From NCBI RefSeq assembly GCF_036321535.1, contig NC_087472.1, forward strand, positions 97,776,001-97,840,000: a stretch of DNA of 64,000 nt. The letters run 5' to 3'. Below are positions 39,400 to 51,403 of this stretch, one piece after another. Every line of letters starts with the position of its first letter. Position 1 is the stretch's first letter. The position numbers were made by a program, and so were the translations under genes. Source of the stretch: Camelus dromedarius. Lineage: Eukaryota. The notes below the pieces were generated by a model. That model searched no databases, was not told where the DNA came from, and was given only the letters and a program-made list of their open reading frames with translations.

Positions 39400-40381
39400 T
39401 AAGGAAACAATCAACAGAGTGAAAAGGCCAACTACAGAATGGAAAAAATGCTAGCAAATGACATATCTGATGAGAGGTTAATACCCAGATTATATAAGGC
39501 ACTCCTCCAACTCTGTAGCAAAAGTAAATAAATAGCCTAATTTTAATATGGGTGAAGGAACTGAGTAAACATTTCTCCAAAGAAGACATACACATGGCCA
39601 GCAGGTATATGAAAAAGTGCTCAACCTCACTAATCATTAGGGAAATACAAATAAAACCACAATGAGATAACACCTCACACCTGTTAGTATGGCCATTATC
39701 AAAACTTAACAAGTGTTGGAAAGGATGTAGAGAAATTGGAAACCTTGTGCACTGTTGATGGGAATGTAAAATTATGTAGCCGCTATGAAAAACAGTATGG
39801 AGGATCCTTAAAAAATTAAAAGTGGAACCACCATATGATCCAACAATTCCACTTCTGGGTATTTATCCAAAAGAACTGAAATCATTATTTTGAAGAAGTA
39901 TTTGGATTCCCATGTTCACTGCAGCATTATTCACAATAGCCAAGATGTGGAAGCAACCTAAATGTCTACCGACAGATGAATGGATAAATAAAATGTGGGA
40001 GATACACACACACATACAGGACTATTATTAGGCATTAAAAATGAAGGAGATCCTATCATATGTAAAAGCATGGATGAACCTTGAAGACATATGCTAAGTG
40101 TAGTAAGTCAGTCACAGAGCGATAAACACTGCTTGATTCCACTTACTTGAGGTATCTGAAATAGTCGGGCTCAGAAGAACACAGAATGATGGTTGCCAAG
40201 AGCTAGGGGGAAATGGGGAATTGCTGTTCAGTGGGTATAAAGTTTCAGTTATGCGAGACGAGTACATTCTTTAGATCTGCTGTACAACATTGTGCCTATA
40301 TTTAACATTGATGTGCTGTACACTTAAAAATTTGTTAATAGAATAAATCTTATGTGTTTTTTTTTACTACAATAAAAAAAA
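39400..40381 (+). mobile_element. L1MA (L1MA8/9-like) 3' end
   Basis: ORF2 C-terminal text (ccatatgatccaacaattccacttctggg), 3'UTR and terminal aataaaaaaaa. Confidence 0.92.
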
Positions 40382-40549
40382 GTCTAACCATTTCAGCCTA
40401 TATGGAGATGATATGTCACTAGGACATATTAATTAGCTGGCACATAAATATAGAAAATGATGAATATCATTGTGATTGCAAAAAAACAAAGGATGATAGA
40501 ATATGCATGATTATTTACTTGCCTTCATTTTATAAGAAAATAAGCTATT

Positions 40550-40652
40550 TTTAAACTTTCATTGAAATATAACATATACCAAAAATCATAATCTGTGAAT
40601 TACCAGAAAGTGAACACACCGAAGTAACTACCACTCAGATCAAGATAGCAAA
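40550..40652 (-). mobile_element. Old L1ME/HAL1-type 3' end fragment
   Basis: attgaaatataacatatacc...aagtgaacacacc...accactcagatcaagatag. Confidence 0.55.
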
Positions 40653-40654
40653 AC

Positions 40655-43572
40655 AACCATTCTAACAGATGTTAAGTGATATCTCATCAAAGCTTTGATT
40701 TGCGTTTCCCTGATGATGATTGATGTTGAATATCTTTTCACGTACCTGTTGGATATCTGTATGTCTTTGGAAAAATGTCTGTTCACATCTTCTGCCTATT
40801 TTTAATCAGATTGCTTGTTGCTATTGAGTTATATGAATTCTTTACATATTTTAGATATTAACCTCTCATCAAAGGTAAGATTTGCAAATATTTTCTTTCA
40901 TTCAGTAAGCTGCCTTTTTGTTGATGTTTCTTTGCTGTACAGATGGTTTTTAGTTTGATGAGTACCAATGTTTATTTTTGCTTTTGTTGCCTTTGCTTTA
41001 GGAGTTGGATCCAAAAAATCACCACCAACACCGATATCAAGGTGCTTAATGCCTATGTTTTCTTCTTAAGAGTTTTACAGTTTCAGGACTTATGGAAGTC
41101 TTTCAAGTCTTCAGTTCATTTTGAGTTAATTTTTGTGTATGGTGTAAGATAGTGGTTAAGTTTAATTCTTTTGAATGTGGCTGTCCGGTTTTTCTAACAC
41201 CATATGTTGAAAAAACTATCTTTTTCCCTTTGTATATTCTTGGCTCCTTTGTTGTAAATTAATTCACCTCATGATAGGTTTATTTCTGGGCTTTTTATTC
41301 TATTCCAGTGATCCTTATGTCTATTTTTATGCCAATACCATACTGTTTTCATTGCTATAGTTGTGATACATTTGAAAACAGGGAGCTTGATGCCTCCAGC
41401 TTTGTTCTTATTTCTCAAGACTACTGTGACTGTTCAGGGTCTTTTTTGGTTCCATACAGAATTTTGGACTCTTTATTTTATATCTGTGAAAAATTGGAAT
41501 TTTGATAGGGATTGCATTCAATCTGTAGATTGCTTTGGGTGGTCTGGACATTTTAATGATATCAGTTCTTCCAGTCCATGAGCATGGAATATCTCTCCAT
41601 TTATTTATATTTTTTCCATGAATGTCTTACAGTTTTCTGTGTACAGGTCTTTCACTTCCTTGGTTAAATTTATTTCTAGGAATTTTGTTCTCTTTGATGC
41701 AATTGTAAATAGGATTATTTTCTTAATTTCTCTTTCTGATAGTTAATTATTAGTGTGTAGAAACACAACAGATTTTGTATCCTGTAACTTCATTGAATTT
41801 GTTCAGTAGTTCTAACAGTTTTTTTGGTGTTTTCTATATATAAAATCCTATTGTTCACAGACAGTGATAGATTTACTTCTTCCCAATTTGGATGCCTTTT
41901 CTTTCTTTTCCTTGCCTAATTGCTGTGATTAGGGTTTCCAATACTATGTTAAATAAAAGCAGTGAGAGTTGGCATCCTTGTCTTGCTCCTGATCTCAGAA
42001 GAAAAGCATTTCACCACAGAATATGATGTTAGCTGGGCTTGACATAGATAGCCTTTATTGTGTTGAGGTGTATTCCTTGTTGCGAGTTTTTATCATAAAT
42101 GGATGTTGAATTTTGTCAGATGTTTTTTCTGTGTCTTGAGATGACCATATGATTTTTATTCGTTTTTTAATGTGATGTATCACTTTGATTGATTAATAGA
42201 CATTAACTGTCATGCATCACTGGAATAAATCCCACTTGATCATGATGTATGATCTTTTTAATATATTATCGAATTTGGCTTACAAATATTTTGCGGAGGA
42301 TTTCTGTATCTATGTTCATCAGTGATATTGGCCTACAATTTTCTTTTCTTGTAGTGTCTTTGGTTTGGGTATCAGGATAATGCTGCTCCCATAGAACTAG
42401 TTGGGAAGCAGTCCCTCCTTTTCTGTTTTTGGAAGAGTTTGAGAAGGATTGGTATAATTCTTTGAATGTAGAATTCACCAGTGAAGCCTTTGAGTTTTGG
42501 ACTTTTGTTTATTGGGAGTTTTTGTTGTTGTTGTTGTTGTTGTTGTTTTTTATTTTTTTGGTTCAGTCTCCTTACTAGTTATTGATCTGTTTCTATTTCT
42601 TCATGATTCAGTCTTGGAAGGTTGTATATTTATAGAAATGTATCCGTTTATTTCTAGTTTGTCCAATTTGTTGGCATACAATTGTTCTTAGTAGTCTCTT
42701 ATGATGTTTCATATGTCTGTGGTATCAGTTGTAACATCTCCTCTTCCATTTCTGATTTTAATTATTTGAGCCCTCTCTGTTTTCTTGGTGAGTCTAGCTA
42801 AAGTTTGTCAATTTTGTTTATTTTTTTTCAGAACCAGCTCTTGGTTTTATTGATCTTTTCTATTTTATTTTTAGTTTCTGTTCATTTAATTCTACTCTGA
42901 TCTTTGTTATTTCCTTCCATCTCCTAACTTTGAGCTTCATTTGTTCTTTTTCTAGTTCTTGAGGTATAAAGTTAGATTGTTTGCTTGAGATCTTTGTTTA
43001 AGATAGGCATTTATTGCTATGAACTTCCCTCTTAGAACTGCTTTTGCTGTATCAGATAACCTTTGGTATTTTGTATTTCCATTTTGATTTGTCCTAAGGC
43101 CTTTTGGGATGTCTCCGTTTCTTTTTTTACTCCTTGGTTGTTCAGTAGCGTGTTGTTTACTCTCCACATATTTGTGAATTTTCCAGTTTTCTTCTTGTAA
43201 TTGATTTCTGGTTTCACACCATTGTGGTTGGAAAAGATGCTTGATATGATTTCAGTCTTCTTAAATTAAGTTTTGTTTTGTGGCCTAACGTGATCTATCC
43301 TATAGAATGTTCCATGTGTCCTTAGGAAGAATGTGTTGCCTTTGGAGAGAATGTTCTATAGATAGATATATAGATATATAGATATATATAGATATACATC
43401 TGTTGAGTCCATCTGGTATAATATGCCATTTAAGGTCGATATTTCCTTACTGATTTTTTTGCCTGGATGTTCTATCCGTTGATATAAGTAATGAAGTTCC
43501 TTACTTTTATTCTGTTGTTGTCTACTTTTCCATTTAGGACTGTTAATATCTGCTTTATGTATTTAGATGCCT
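40655..43572 (-). mobile_element. L1MA-type ORF2 fragment (about 2.9 kb)
   Basis: ORFs 42266-42478 (RKENCRPISLMNID) and 42952-43167 ([15 protein letters not shown]); contains (TTG)n at 42520-42548 and an AT/GATA repeat at 43357-43397. Confidence 0.93.
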
Positions 43573-43574
43573 TT

Positions 43575-43920
43575 AGAGTTCCAACAGAAATCCTTGAATA
43601 TATGTTAGGATTCCTCCCTCTTGATGGTTTTGAACTCAAATTTTCACCCTAGGATGCTTCTGAGTCTGTTGAAAGCTCTGTCCCACTTATAAGCCTGTCA
43701 GCAACTGCTTTTGGAATTGTCAAATATCTTGAGGTAAAAAGCAATGCCAAATGCCAGGCTCGCTTCTCTGGCTTTTTCTTCTCTATAGGATCTTAGTGCC
43801 ACTAATTTAATCCTTGCACCTTGATAGGTTTCCTATACCTTCAAATAGAGTTTTTTTTTTTTAATATTTTGTTCTGATTTTCTAGTTGTTCTTAGTGAAA
43901 GACATGTTACATTGCCAAAA
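43575..43920 (-). mobile_element. Old L1ME/HAL1-type 5' end fragment
   Basis: gccaaatgccaggctcgcttctctgg...tttctagttgttcttagtgaaag. Confidence 0.5.
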
Positions 43921-43964
43921 TTTGAACTCCCTCTCAATCTGTGCACAGTAGACATAGGCGTACA

Positions 43965-44135
43965 CCACATTTATTGAGTGCTTCCTAATTGCTGGGCGCT
44001 AAACAAAAGGCTCATACTTGTTTGTATGATAATCCTCATAGTAACTCTGAGTTCAAGAATTACCATTTTACAGATGAAGGTAAAGACACTGCCTAAGACT
44101 GTATACTTAGCAGTTTCCAGATGTGGAATTACATA
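43965..44135 (-). mobile_element. MIR SINE
   Basis: atttattgagtgcttcc...taatcctcatagtaactctgag...ccattttacagatgaagg. Confidence 0.75.
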
Positions 44136-44344
44136 CATTTAGCAGTTATCTTTGTCCTCACAACTTATGCTAGATATCTGCAATTATTTAATAATAAATG
44201 AGACAAGTTTGGGTTTTTATCCTTCACATACTAGAAAGCGCAGGTCTAGTCACAGTTAGAGAAGTTGAAACTTTCTTCAGTGCCTAGCATTATGCTTGGG
44301 TAATAGTTGATGTGCTGTATTTACTTCAACCTGTTTCTTCTTTT

Positions 44345-44560
44345 TTCTAATTTTTATTGGAAAAGTTTCCAGATGTACTAAAGAATATAGGATACAGTGA
44401 ACCATAATGGATATATGACACAGTTTCAGTCACCATAAATATTTTTTATTTTAAAAATCTATCCCCCGTTATCTTCTCCTTTGCTATGGCCTTTTAAACA
44501 GCATTGTAGAGTTTACCCCCTAAATACTTCAGTTTGCATCTTTAAAAGTAAAATTACTTT
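44345..44560 (-). mobile_element. L1ME-type 3' end remnant
   Basis: aatttttattggaaaagtttcc...ttacccctaaatacttcagtttgcatct-like text. Confidence 0.5.
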
Positions 44561-44639
44561 TGCTTCATACTTTTAAAAGGTTCTACTGAATGTATGTCAC
44601 TCAGATCAAACTAGAACTCTACTTTTTAGAAAAGCATCA

Positions 44640-45155
44640 GCATCCCAGAAGTTCCATTCCGGGCATGCACTCAAGAGAATTGAATGCGTATGTTCACCAA
44701 AATGCATGTACGGAATGTTCATAGTAGCTATATTCACAATAGTGAAAAATTTAAAACTACCCAGTATCCAACAGGAATAGACAATATAAATGAAGGACAG
44801 TATATTCATACAACAGAACTACTGCCACGTGCAACAGCATGAGTGAATTTCACAGATACAATGTTGAATAACAAATCAGAGAAAAATATATATACTATGT
44901 TTTACCCTATTTATATAAATTTCAGAAAGACGCAGAATCAAGTCATGGTAGTAGCCTTGAGAAAAATGGATCACTTTGGGAAGGAGTGGTGACTGGGAGG
45001 GAGCCTTTCTGGGGTGCTGGAAATCTTTTTTTTTATTTTTTCTCAAGTGGTGATCACACAGGTGAATACCTATATAAAATTTTATAGAATTTGTACCCTT
45101 CACCCTTTATTGAAGTATTACACTGTGCTTCAACGAAAAAGTAATTTTTAAAAAG
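44640..45155 (+). mobile_element. L1MD/L1ME-type 3' end
   Basis: tatgttcaccaaaatgcatgtacggaatgttcatagtagc...gactgggagggagcctttctggggtgctggaaat. Confidence 0.75.
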
Positions 45156-45177
45156 AAGCAACAAGTATGCTCTAGAT

Positions 45178-45516
45178 CAGGAGTTGGCAAAGTTTTTCTG
45201 TAAGCAGCCAGACAGCAAATGTTTTTAAGCTTTATGGCTCATAGAGTCTGTCACAGCTCCTTACTGCTGCTACAGTGCAAAAGCAGCCATGAATGGTGCA
45301 TAAACTCATGAGTATGACTGTGTGGTGATAAAACTTTTGATGTTGATAAATAGATTTCAATTTGATATAATTTCTGTCACAAAATCTTATTCTTTGCACT
45401 TTTTTTCAACTATTTAAAAAATGTGAAAACCAGTCTTAGCTCATGAGACATACAAAAACAGGCAGTGGCCATGTGGGACTTCATTTGGACCACAGGCTGC
45501 AGTTTGCCATCCCCTG
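45178..45516 (+). mobile_element. MER58B hAT-Charlie MITE, full length
   Basis: Ends caggagttggcaaa / tttgccatcccctg; 8-bp TSD ctctagat vs ttctaggt (6/8). Confidence 0.88.
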
Positions 45517-45955
45517 TTCTAGGTGTGCTTGTGTCTAAACACACCAGGAATGTATAGATGAATATGGGCAAGAGAACATGAGCAATTCTGGAATAGCCGA
45601 AGGCCAAATGAACTGGGCATTTATGCGTGTAAGATTTATTTCAGGGAAAGATAAAAAGAGCCAGTGTTCCATGCTAACTGGTCACAGTGGTCAGTAACAG
45701 GAATGAATATGGTTATGTTCACACAATGATTTACCGTGAAAGTAAATAATGCTCTGGAATTGTTATCATGAGACCACAGTATAAGCATTTAACATTTTCT
45801 TCCCTCTGCTTTTTATTTACCTAAAACTTTGCAACAGTGGTGACAGTAGTAATTTGGGATTTCGGGGATGTCACTAAATGCAGGCAGCTTGTGCGTGGAA
45901 TGTCTCAGATGAACTTTCTTCACCAGCCCATCTCCAAAGCAGACTTGTTTTATGA

Positions 45956-45958
<3 letters not shown>

Positions 45959-46008
<50 letters not shown>
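45959..46008. repeat. (TG)25 microsatellite
   Basis: Perfect 50-bp TG run. Confidence 0.98.
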
Positions 46009-46009
<1 letters not shown>

Positions 46010-47954
46010 CTTGGAGGTGTTCGTGGCAGTGATGATAATAATACGACTTGGCATTTATGTGGTGTTTTCTCCTTTCAAAGTTCTTCTCTCTAAAAAGAAC
46101 CTAAAGGGTACATTTTAAATCCATCTTCTTTTCACAGCAGTAGAAGCCACACTTTTTAGTAACTCCAGAGAATCACTGTAGCCTTTTTGAAAATATGTAC
46201 TTAGTTTGCTACCAGAAAGTTCTGGCTATGACCAGCATTTTTCCTTCAAAAGCTGTGCATTTCACTTTTTTAATTTTGTCTCTTTTGTTCTTCCATGGCA
46301 CAAATTGCAATCGATTATATAAATGAAAGTTTCCTCACCTAACCCAATAGTCTCTTTTTATAGCTTGACTTCCTTGAATAGTAACATTAACAAAAATACT
46401 GTGTATCTGCTTAATCTGGATAGTTGTTTTTCCATGCTGCCAAAATTTATTGAGATCATATGTGATGAGCACTACAGGAATAAGGAGTAATTAAATAAGA
46501 GCTTCCAGAGGGAGTTCACAGCCTTGTGCGAGAAACTTGGTGGATAGGTCCCATCCCGATCCTTTATAGCTGGATCCTGCTCAATACACTCCCACAGGCA
46601 CATAGGTACCAGCTCCTGACAACAGTGCTTATTGCAAGCATTGCCTGGGATAATACGCTGCTTTCTTGAATTGAATTTCTCTTCTCCTTGGCACCAGCTC
46701 CCTTCTACTGTCTGCTTCTGGCCTTGTGACTTTAACTATCTGCTTTGATTTGAACTCTTTGGCTTATAGAGTCAACTTCCTGTTCAACTCAGCTGTGCAT
46801 CCTCCTTGATTTCAGCCCTGCTGAAGCTTCAGGGAAAAGAACTGCTCCATTAGTCCTGTACCCAAAGGACTGTGATAGCCCGGCTGACCTCTGGCCTGGG
46901 GAGAAGTTTCTGGGCATACACCACAAATAGGCATAATATAACTGAGTGGAACAACTGCAGCAAGGGCACAGAGGACTGAGCCAAATATCCCTGTTCGGAT
47001 ATTAGTAATTGTCTTGGTTTAATAGCTTCCTCAGAGCATAAATCTCCTCCTCCGAAACAGAGGAAATATCAGCAATAATCATGATTTTTGACCTCTGTGA
47101 TTCTTCCCTATATATATATAAGCAAGTAGAGGTCAAAACGTTGCAGTCTGTAGATTGCTGTTCCATTGATAGTTTCCTCAGTTGCTACAATAAATTTTTG
47201 AAATCTGGTTCCCTTAATCTGTGAGTAGATGCCTATTCTCATGCTTCAAGCTCAAGGAGTTTTCCATTTCTGAAAGGCTGTCTTTTCTTCCATAGACACA
47301 GCCTACTTTTGATTAAGCCGAGTGGAATGGCCAAGCCGGCAAATAGAGCATCCAAAAGGACAGTCACAGTGAGGTGTTCTCTTTGTGGGACTCCGTCAGT
47401 TCAAGCAGGAAAATCGATGCATCGGAGTGGGGGAGAATACAATAGCAGTCCAACATTATTAATGCTCAGGAGGCAGCAAAAAAATACAAGGAGAAAAATG
47501 CACTCAACTTTGGCCATGCAGAGAAACAACAGGAGAGGTAGCTAAGCTTACCCTCATTCACTCAGAAGAGAATGTCCATTTGAGAGGCATTGCCAGGTTT
47601 GCTTGTAGCTACTCTAGGTACTGAAAGAAAAGCCACATATTTAAAGTACCGTGGGCTTTTAAAAGTCTTGGCGATCTTTGTTTTTCATCACACTTAGTTT
47701 GGAAAGAAGGCTAGGGAGTCCTTGCTTTCCTAGTAACAAGAGTTGAGCAATGATGCGTTCAAGGAGGAGAAATTTGCATCATTGAGGCCAGAAATAGACC
47801 TTGTTAAAAGTGAATGGTTCCATTCAGCTGCCTTGCCCACTGAGTTGTACAGTTTCTGTTACACAAACCCTTAGACTTTGAAGGTCTCCCTATTAAAACT
47901 ACTAATAGAAACTGCCTTGAAAGCAAATAATCCCTGTCTGGTCTCCCCAGCATT

Positions 47955-48082
47955 ACATTCTTTAAGCTTTTTTGGGGGTGGGGGGGGTAAGTAGGTCTAT
48001 TTATTCATTAATGGAGGTACTGGGGACTGAACCCAGGACCTCGTGCATGCTAAGCACTAAACCAGTGAGCTGTACCCTCCCC
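47955..48082 (-). mobile_element. tRNA-Ala-derived SINE (camelid Vic-1-like) with 18-19-bp TSD
   Basis: Minus strand ggggagggtacagctcactgg...tgcttagcatgcacgaggtcctgggttcagtccccagtacctcca; tctggtctcccca(g/a)catt at 47937-47954 and 48083-48100. Confidence 0.9.
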
Positions 48083-48184
48083 TCTGGTCTCCCCAACATT
48101 AAAATCTAGAGGGAGCCTGGAAGAACTATGGAGGCTAATATACAGAGTATTCCAAGAAAGGAGAAATCCTTCTTATGTTTTCCC

Positions 48185-48572
48185 TGTGTGAGTCAGCTGT
48201 GCTACAACAATGGTGAATAACAAATTGACCCAAAATTCTGTGTCTTAAAACAGACCTGCAGGTTGGCTCTGCCTCAGCTGGGCCAAGTTGAACTCCAGGC
48301 TCTAAGTTGGAATAAGGCCTATCCCCACATGTCTCCACATTCTCCTTGGACCAGTGGCTTCCCAGAATAGGCTGTTCTCATGGCAATCACAGGAATGCAA
48401 GAGGCTAAACCTGACCATGCAAGTAGTTTATAGCCTGTTAATGCTTTCTTGGCTGGAACAAGTTACATGGCTAAGGCCAAAGTCAAGAGGTGAGGAAACA
48501 GACCCAGTTCACCATGAAGCCAGGGCAAGTATGTATATATATATGGAAGGAAATGAAGTATTATGAGCAGTG
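48185..48572 (-). mobile_element. MaLR LTR (MLT1H/I-like)
   Basis: tgagtcagctgtgctacaacaatggtgaataacaaa...caagttacatggctaaggccaaagtcaagagg. Confidence 0.75.
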
Positions 48573-48807
48573 CCCTCCCTTAACTGCCCAAATGGAAAGG
48601 ATTTTCTCTGGTTGGAACTGGAAGGTTGCCATAGTGATAGGGAATGTTTCTCTTTTGCTCATTTAAGAAATAATCTAGTTGCTCACCTGACTAGCCTCAC
48701 TCCATCTATTAAGGTCAGTGGGGTCTGACTGCTTTCCTGGATTTTCTTACAACTTAGCAAGGTGAAAAAGAGAGGGAACGTTTTCTTCTATGGTCTCTAA
48801 AAAGCCT

Positions 48808-48978
48808 AGAGCTGTACTATCCAGTATGGTAGCCACTAGCCATTTGTGGCTGCCTGAATTTAAACTATTTAAAATGAAATAAAGTTTAAAATGTACCTCC
48901 TCAATTACACTAGCCCCATTTAAAGAATGCAGTAATTAAATATGGCTTGTGGTTACCACGCTGGGCAGTGCAGCTCTA
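48808..48978. mobile_element. MER3/MER33-like hAT-Charlie MITE
   Basis: ctatccagtatggtagccactagccatttgtggct...tggttaccacgctgggcagtgcag. Confidence 0.8.
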
Positions 48979-48979
48979 C

Positions 48980-49640
48980 CATATCATCCCATTTATTACC
49001 TTCATAACACAGATCACACTCTAAAATCATCTAATGTATTTGCCCACATATTTATTTGTTCTCTCCCCCTGTGGTAGACTGAATGACCCCCGCTAGAGAT
49101 ACACACATCCTAATTCTCAGAACTTGTAAATGTTACTGTTCATGAAAAAAGGGGACTTTGCAGATGTGACTGAGTTAAGGATCTTGAGTTGGGGAGATGA
49201 TCTAGGCAGGCCCAGTGTAATCACAAGGGTCCTTATAAGAGGGAGTCACGAGGGTCAGAGACAAGGTGGTGTGATGATGGAAGGAGAGGGACAGATTTGA
49301 AGATAGAGGAATGGGGACATGAGACATAGGATGAAGGCGACTTATAGAAGCTAGAAGGGGCAAGGAAATATACTTCCCTGGAGTCCCCAGAAGGAATACA
49401 GCCCTGCAGACCCATTTTAGACTTCTGACCTGCATAACTGAAAGATAAGTTGGTGATTTTTAAGCCAGTAAGTTTGTGGTAATTTGTTACAGCAGCAATA
49501 GAAAACTGATACAGTCTCCACTAGCATGTAAGGTCTATGTGGGAGGAACCACATTTGTCTCATCCACTATTTTATCTACAGGACCTAGCATAGTGCCTCT
49601 CGAAGAGCAGGCATTCTTAATTATTTGAGAAGTAATGAGT
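48980..49640 (+). mobile_element. L2 3' end split by an MLT1 LTR
   Basis: tttgttctctcccc | ctccactagcatgtaaggtctatg...aggacctagcatagtgcct. Confidence 0.65.
49070..49513 (+). mobile_element. MaLR solo LTR (MLT1C/D-like), full length
   Basis: tgtggtagactgaatg...ggactttgcagatgtga...tttgttacagcagcaatagaaaactgataca. Confidence 0.92.
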
Positions 49641-50064
49641 TTAAGGATAAAAGACTAACAATTAGCTCCAAGAGGCCCTTCTAATGCAATATATCTTCCA
49701 CAATCATGTGCCGCCTGTCTACAGTCTCCACCACAGGAAGTCATCATTTCTTGCATCTTATTTCTAGAAAATCACTACTGGGAGACATCAGATCAAAACA
49801 GAAGAGTATATTGAATGAGCAGTCACCGAAATTAATTTATCAGTTAGGCAAACAGTACAACAGACCCATGCAGAACAAAGAATAGTGAAGATCTGAAAAA
49901 GGAGGGGGGGTGCATGCAGAGGGAGAAGGAGAAAAAAGGAAGAGCAAGCGCTCCGTAATAGGCACATCCATACCAATCAGCAGGTGTCTTGCACTTTGAA
50001 GCTGCAGTTCCCCTTCATATCTTTTAGCTCACTTGAACTTGGACCATTCATATTAAGTAAGCAG

Positions 50065-50200
50065 ACAGATATTAATCCCATCAGCTTACAGAAACTGAGG
50101 CTCAGAGATGTTACCTGTCATGCTTATTGCACTGCAACTAGAAAGTGGCTCATATTCAAATCGCACAACCTGAAACCTAGTTTTCTTTCTGCTACGCTTG
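50065..50200 (-). mobile_element. MIR SINE fragment
   Basis: cagaaactgaggctcagagatgttac. Confidence 0.65.
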
Positions 50201-50554
50201 AAATGACATCAGGTGCAAAAGTATTGGGAAGGCACTGGAAAAATCCAGCATTTCTGTTTCAAATTCAATGTAGCATTTTTCTGCTCAGTTTGAGTCAAGG
50301 TATCTGGCAACTTTCAAGTCAAGGAAGACAACTACAAAGACAGGCAGGCCACCCACTGAGTGGCTCAAATCACAGCCCACACAGTCCTCACCTACATCAG
50401 AGTCAAGCGCACTCACATTTCAGAACTTAGAAACACAGCCTCCATTGAGGAGCACCCTGCTTGCAGCAGGGTATTTGGAAGCAAAGAAGCATGATTGTTT
50501 TGAACAAAATATAAAGTGCAGTACATATATTTAGCCAATGAAAATAAATGGTTG

Positions 50555-50667
50555 TATCTTAAATGGTTATGTAAGCTGTTACATCATAACCTTGATTTTG
50601 CTTCTTAGCCTGAGAAGCCTAAAATATTTACTATCTTGCCCTTTAAGTAAACATTTGCCAATTTCTT
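50555..50667 (-). mobile_element. MER58-type hAT end fragment
   Basis: aagcctaaaatatttactatcttgccctttaagtaaacatttgcca. Confidence 0.7.
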
Positions 50668-50869
50668 CAGATGAAAAGTGAGGTACTAACAGAGAGATGT
50701 TTTCCCCTCAGCCCTACCAGAGAAATGAGGATTGAAGGCCTAAATCCATGTCTCACTGTGACTTCCTGTCTCCTTCTCTGTGATTCACTTCCTCCTTTCT
50801 TCATACAGAGAGGTTTTAGTCTCCTCTCTGTGGAGGAACAGAAAGCTAAAGAAGTGTTTGGATTTTTTT

Positions 50870-51403
50870 TAAATCGCTGCATAATGATCACTACAAACTT
50901 AGCTTCATAAAACAACAATTATTTTCTCTTCCTCCTCGTCGTCTCATAGTTATGGATGCTGATTGGGCTAAGCTAGGTGGTTCTTACTAGGAGTCCAGTG
51001 GTAGCTGGGGCTAAGTCCCTATCACAGGCATCCTCTGAGATGCCTGTCACCTAAACTGAAAGACTCAAACAGCTTAGGAATGGAACAGCCAGGACATCTC
51101 TATCTCTCTGTGCTCTCTCTAGCATGGTGGCTTCAGGTGAGCCATACTTCTTACATGGTTGCTCTGTGTGCCAAAGGTCTGAATCCAGAGAAAGAGAGCA
51201 TGCCAGGTCAAGATTATACTGCCTGTCTGCTTTTTATAACCTAGCCTTGGTAGTCCTGTAGTATTACTGTGCCTATTCTCTACTGCTGCCATAGCAAATC
51301 GTCACAGATTTAGTGGTTTAAACAACACAAAATTACTATTTCATGGCTTTGTAGGTCGGATGTCCGGGTATGGTATGTATGGCTTGTTCCTCTGCTCCTG
51401 GTC
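50870..51403 (-). mobile_element. Two adjacent MaLR LTR fragments (MLT1F/G-like 50870-51267; MLT1D/E-like from about 51268)
   Basis: ctctctagcatggtggcttcagg...cttcttacatgg; then ctgctgccatagcaaatcgtcacagatttagtggtttaaacaacacaaa. Confidence 0.7.

Noticed and set aside
46525..46930. GC-richer segment next to an L2-like remnant, possibly a very old LTR
   Set aside because: I could not assign termini or a family by eye
48015..48082. Possible functional tRNA-Ala gene
   Set aside because: D-arm/anticodon-stem region is shortened, and it has a SINE tail and TSDs, so it is a SINE
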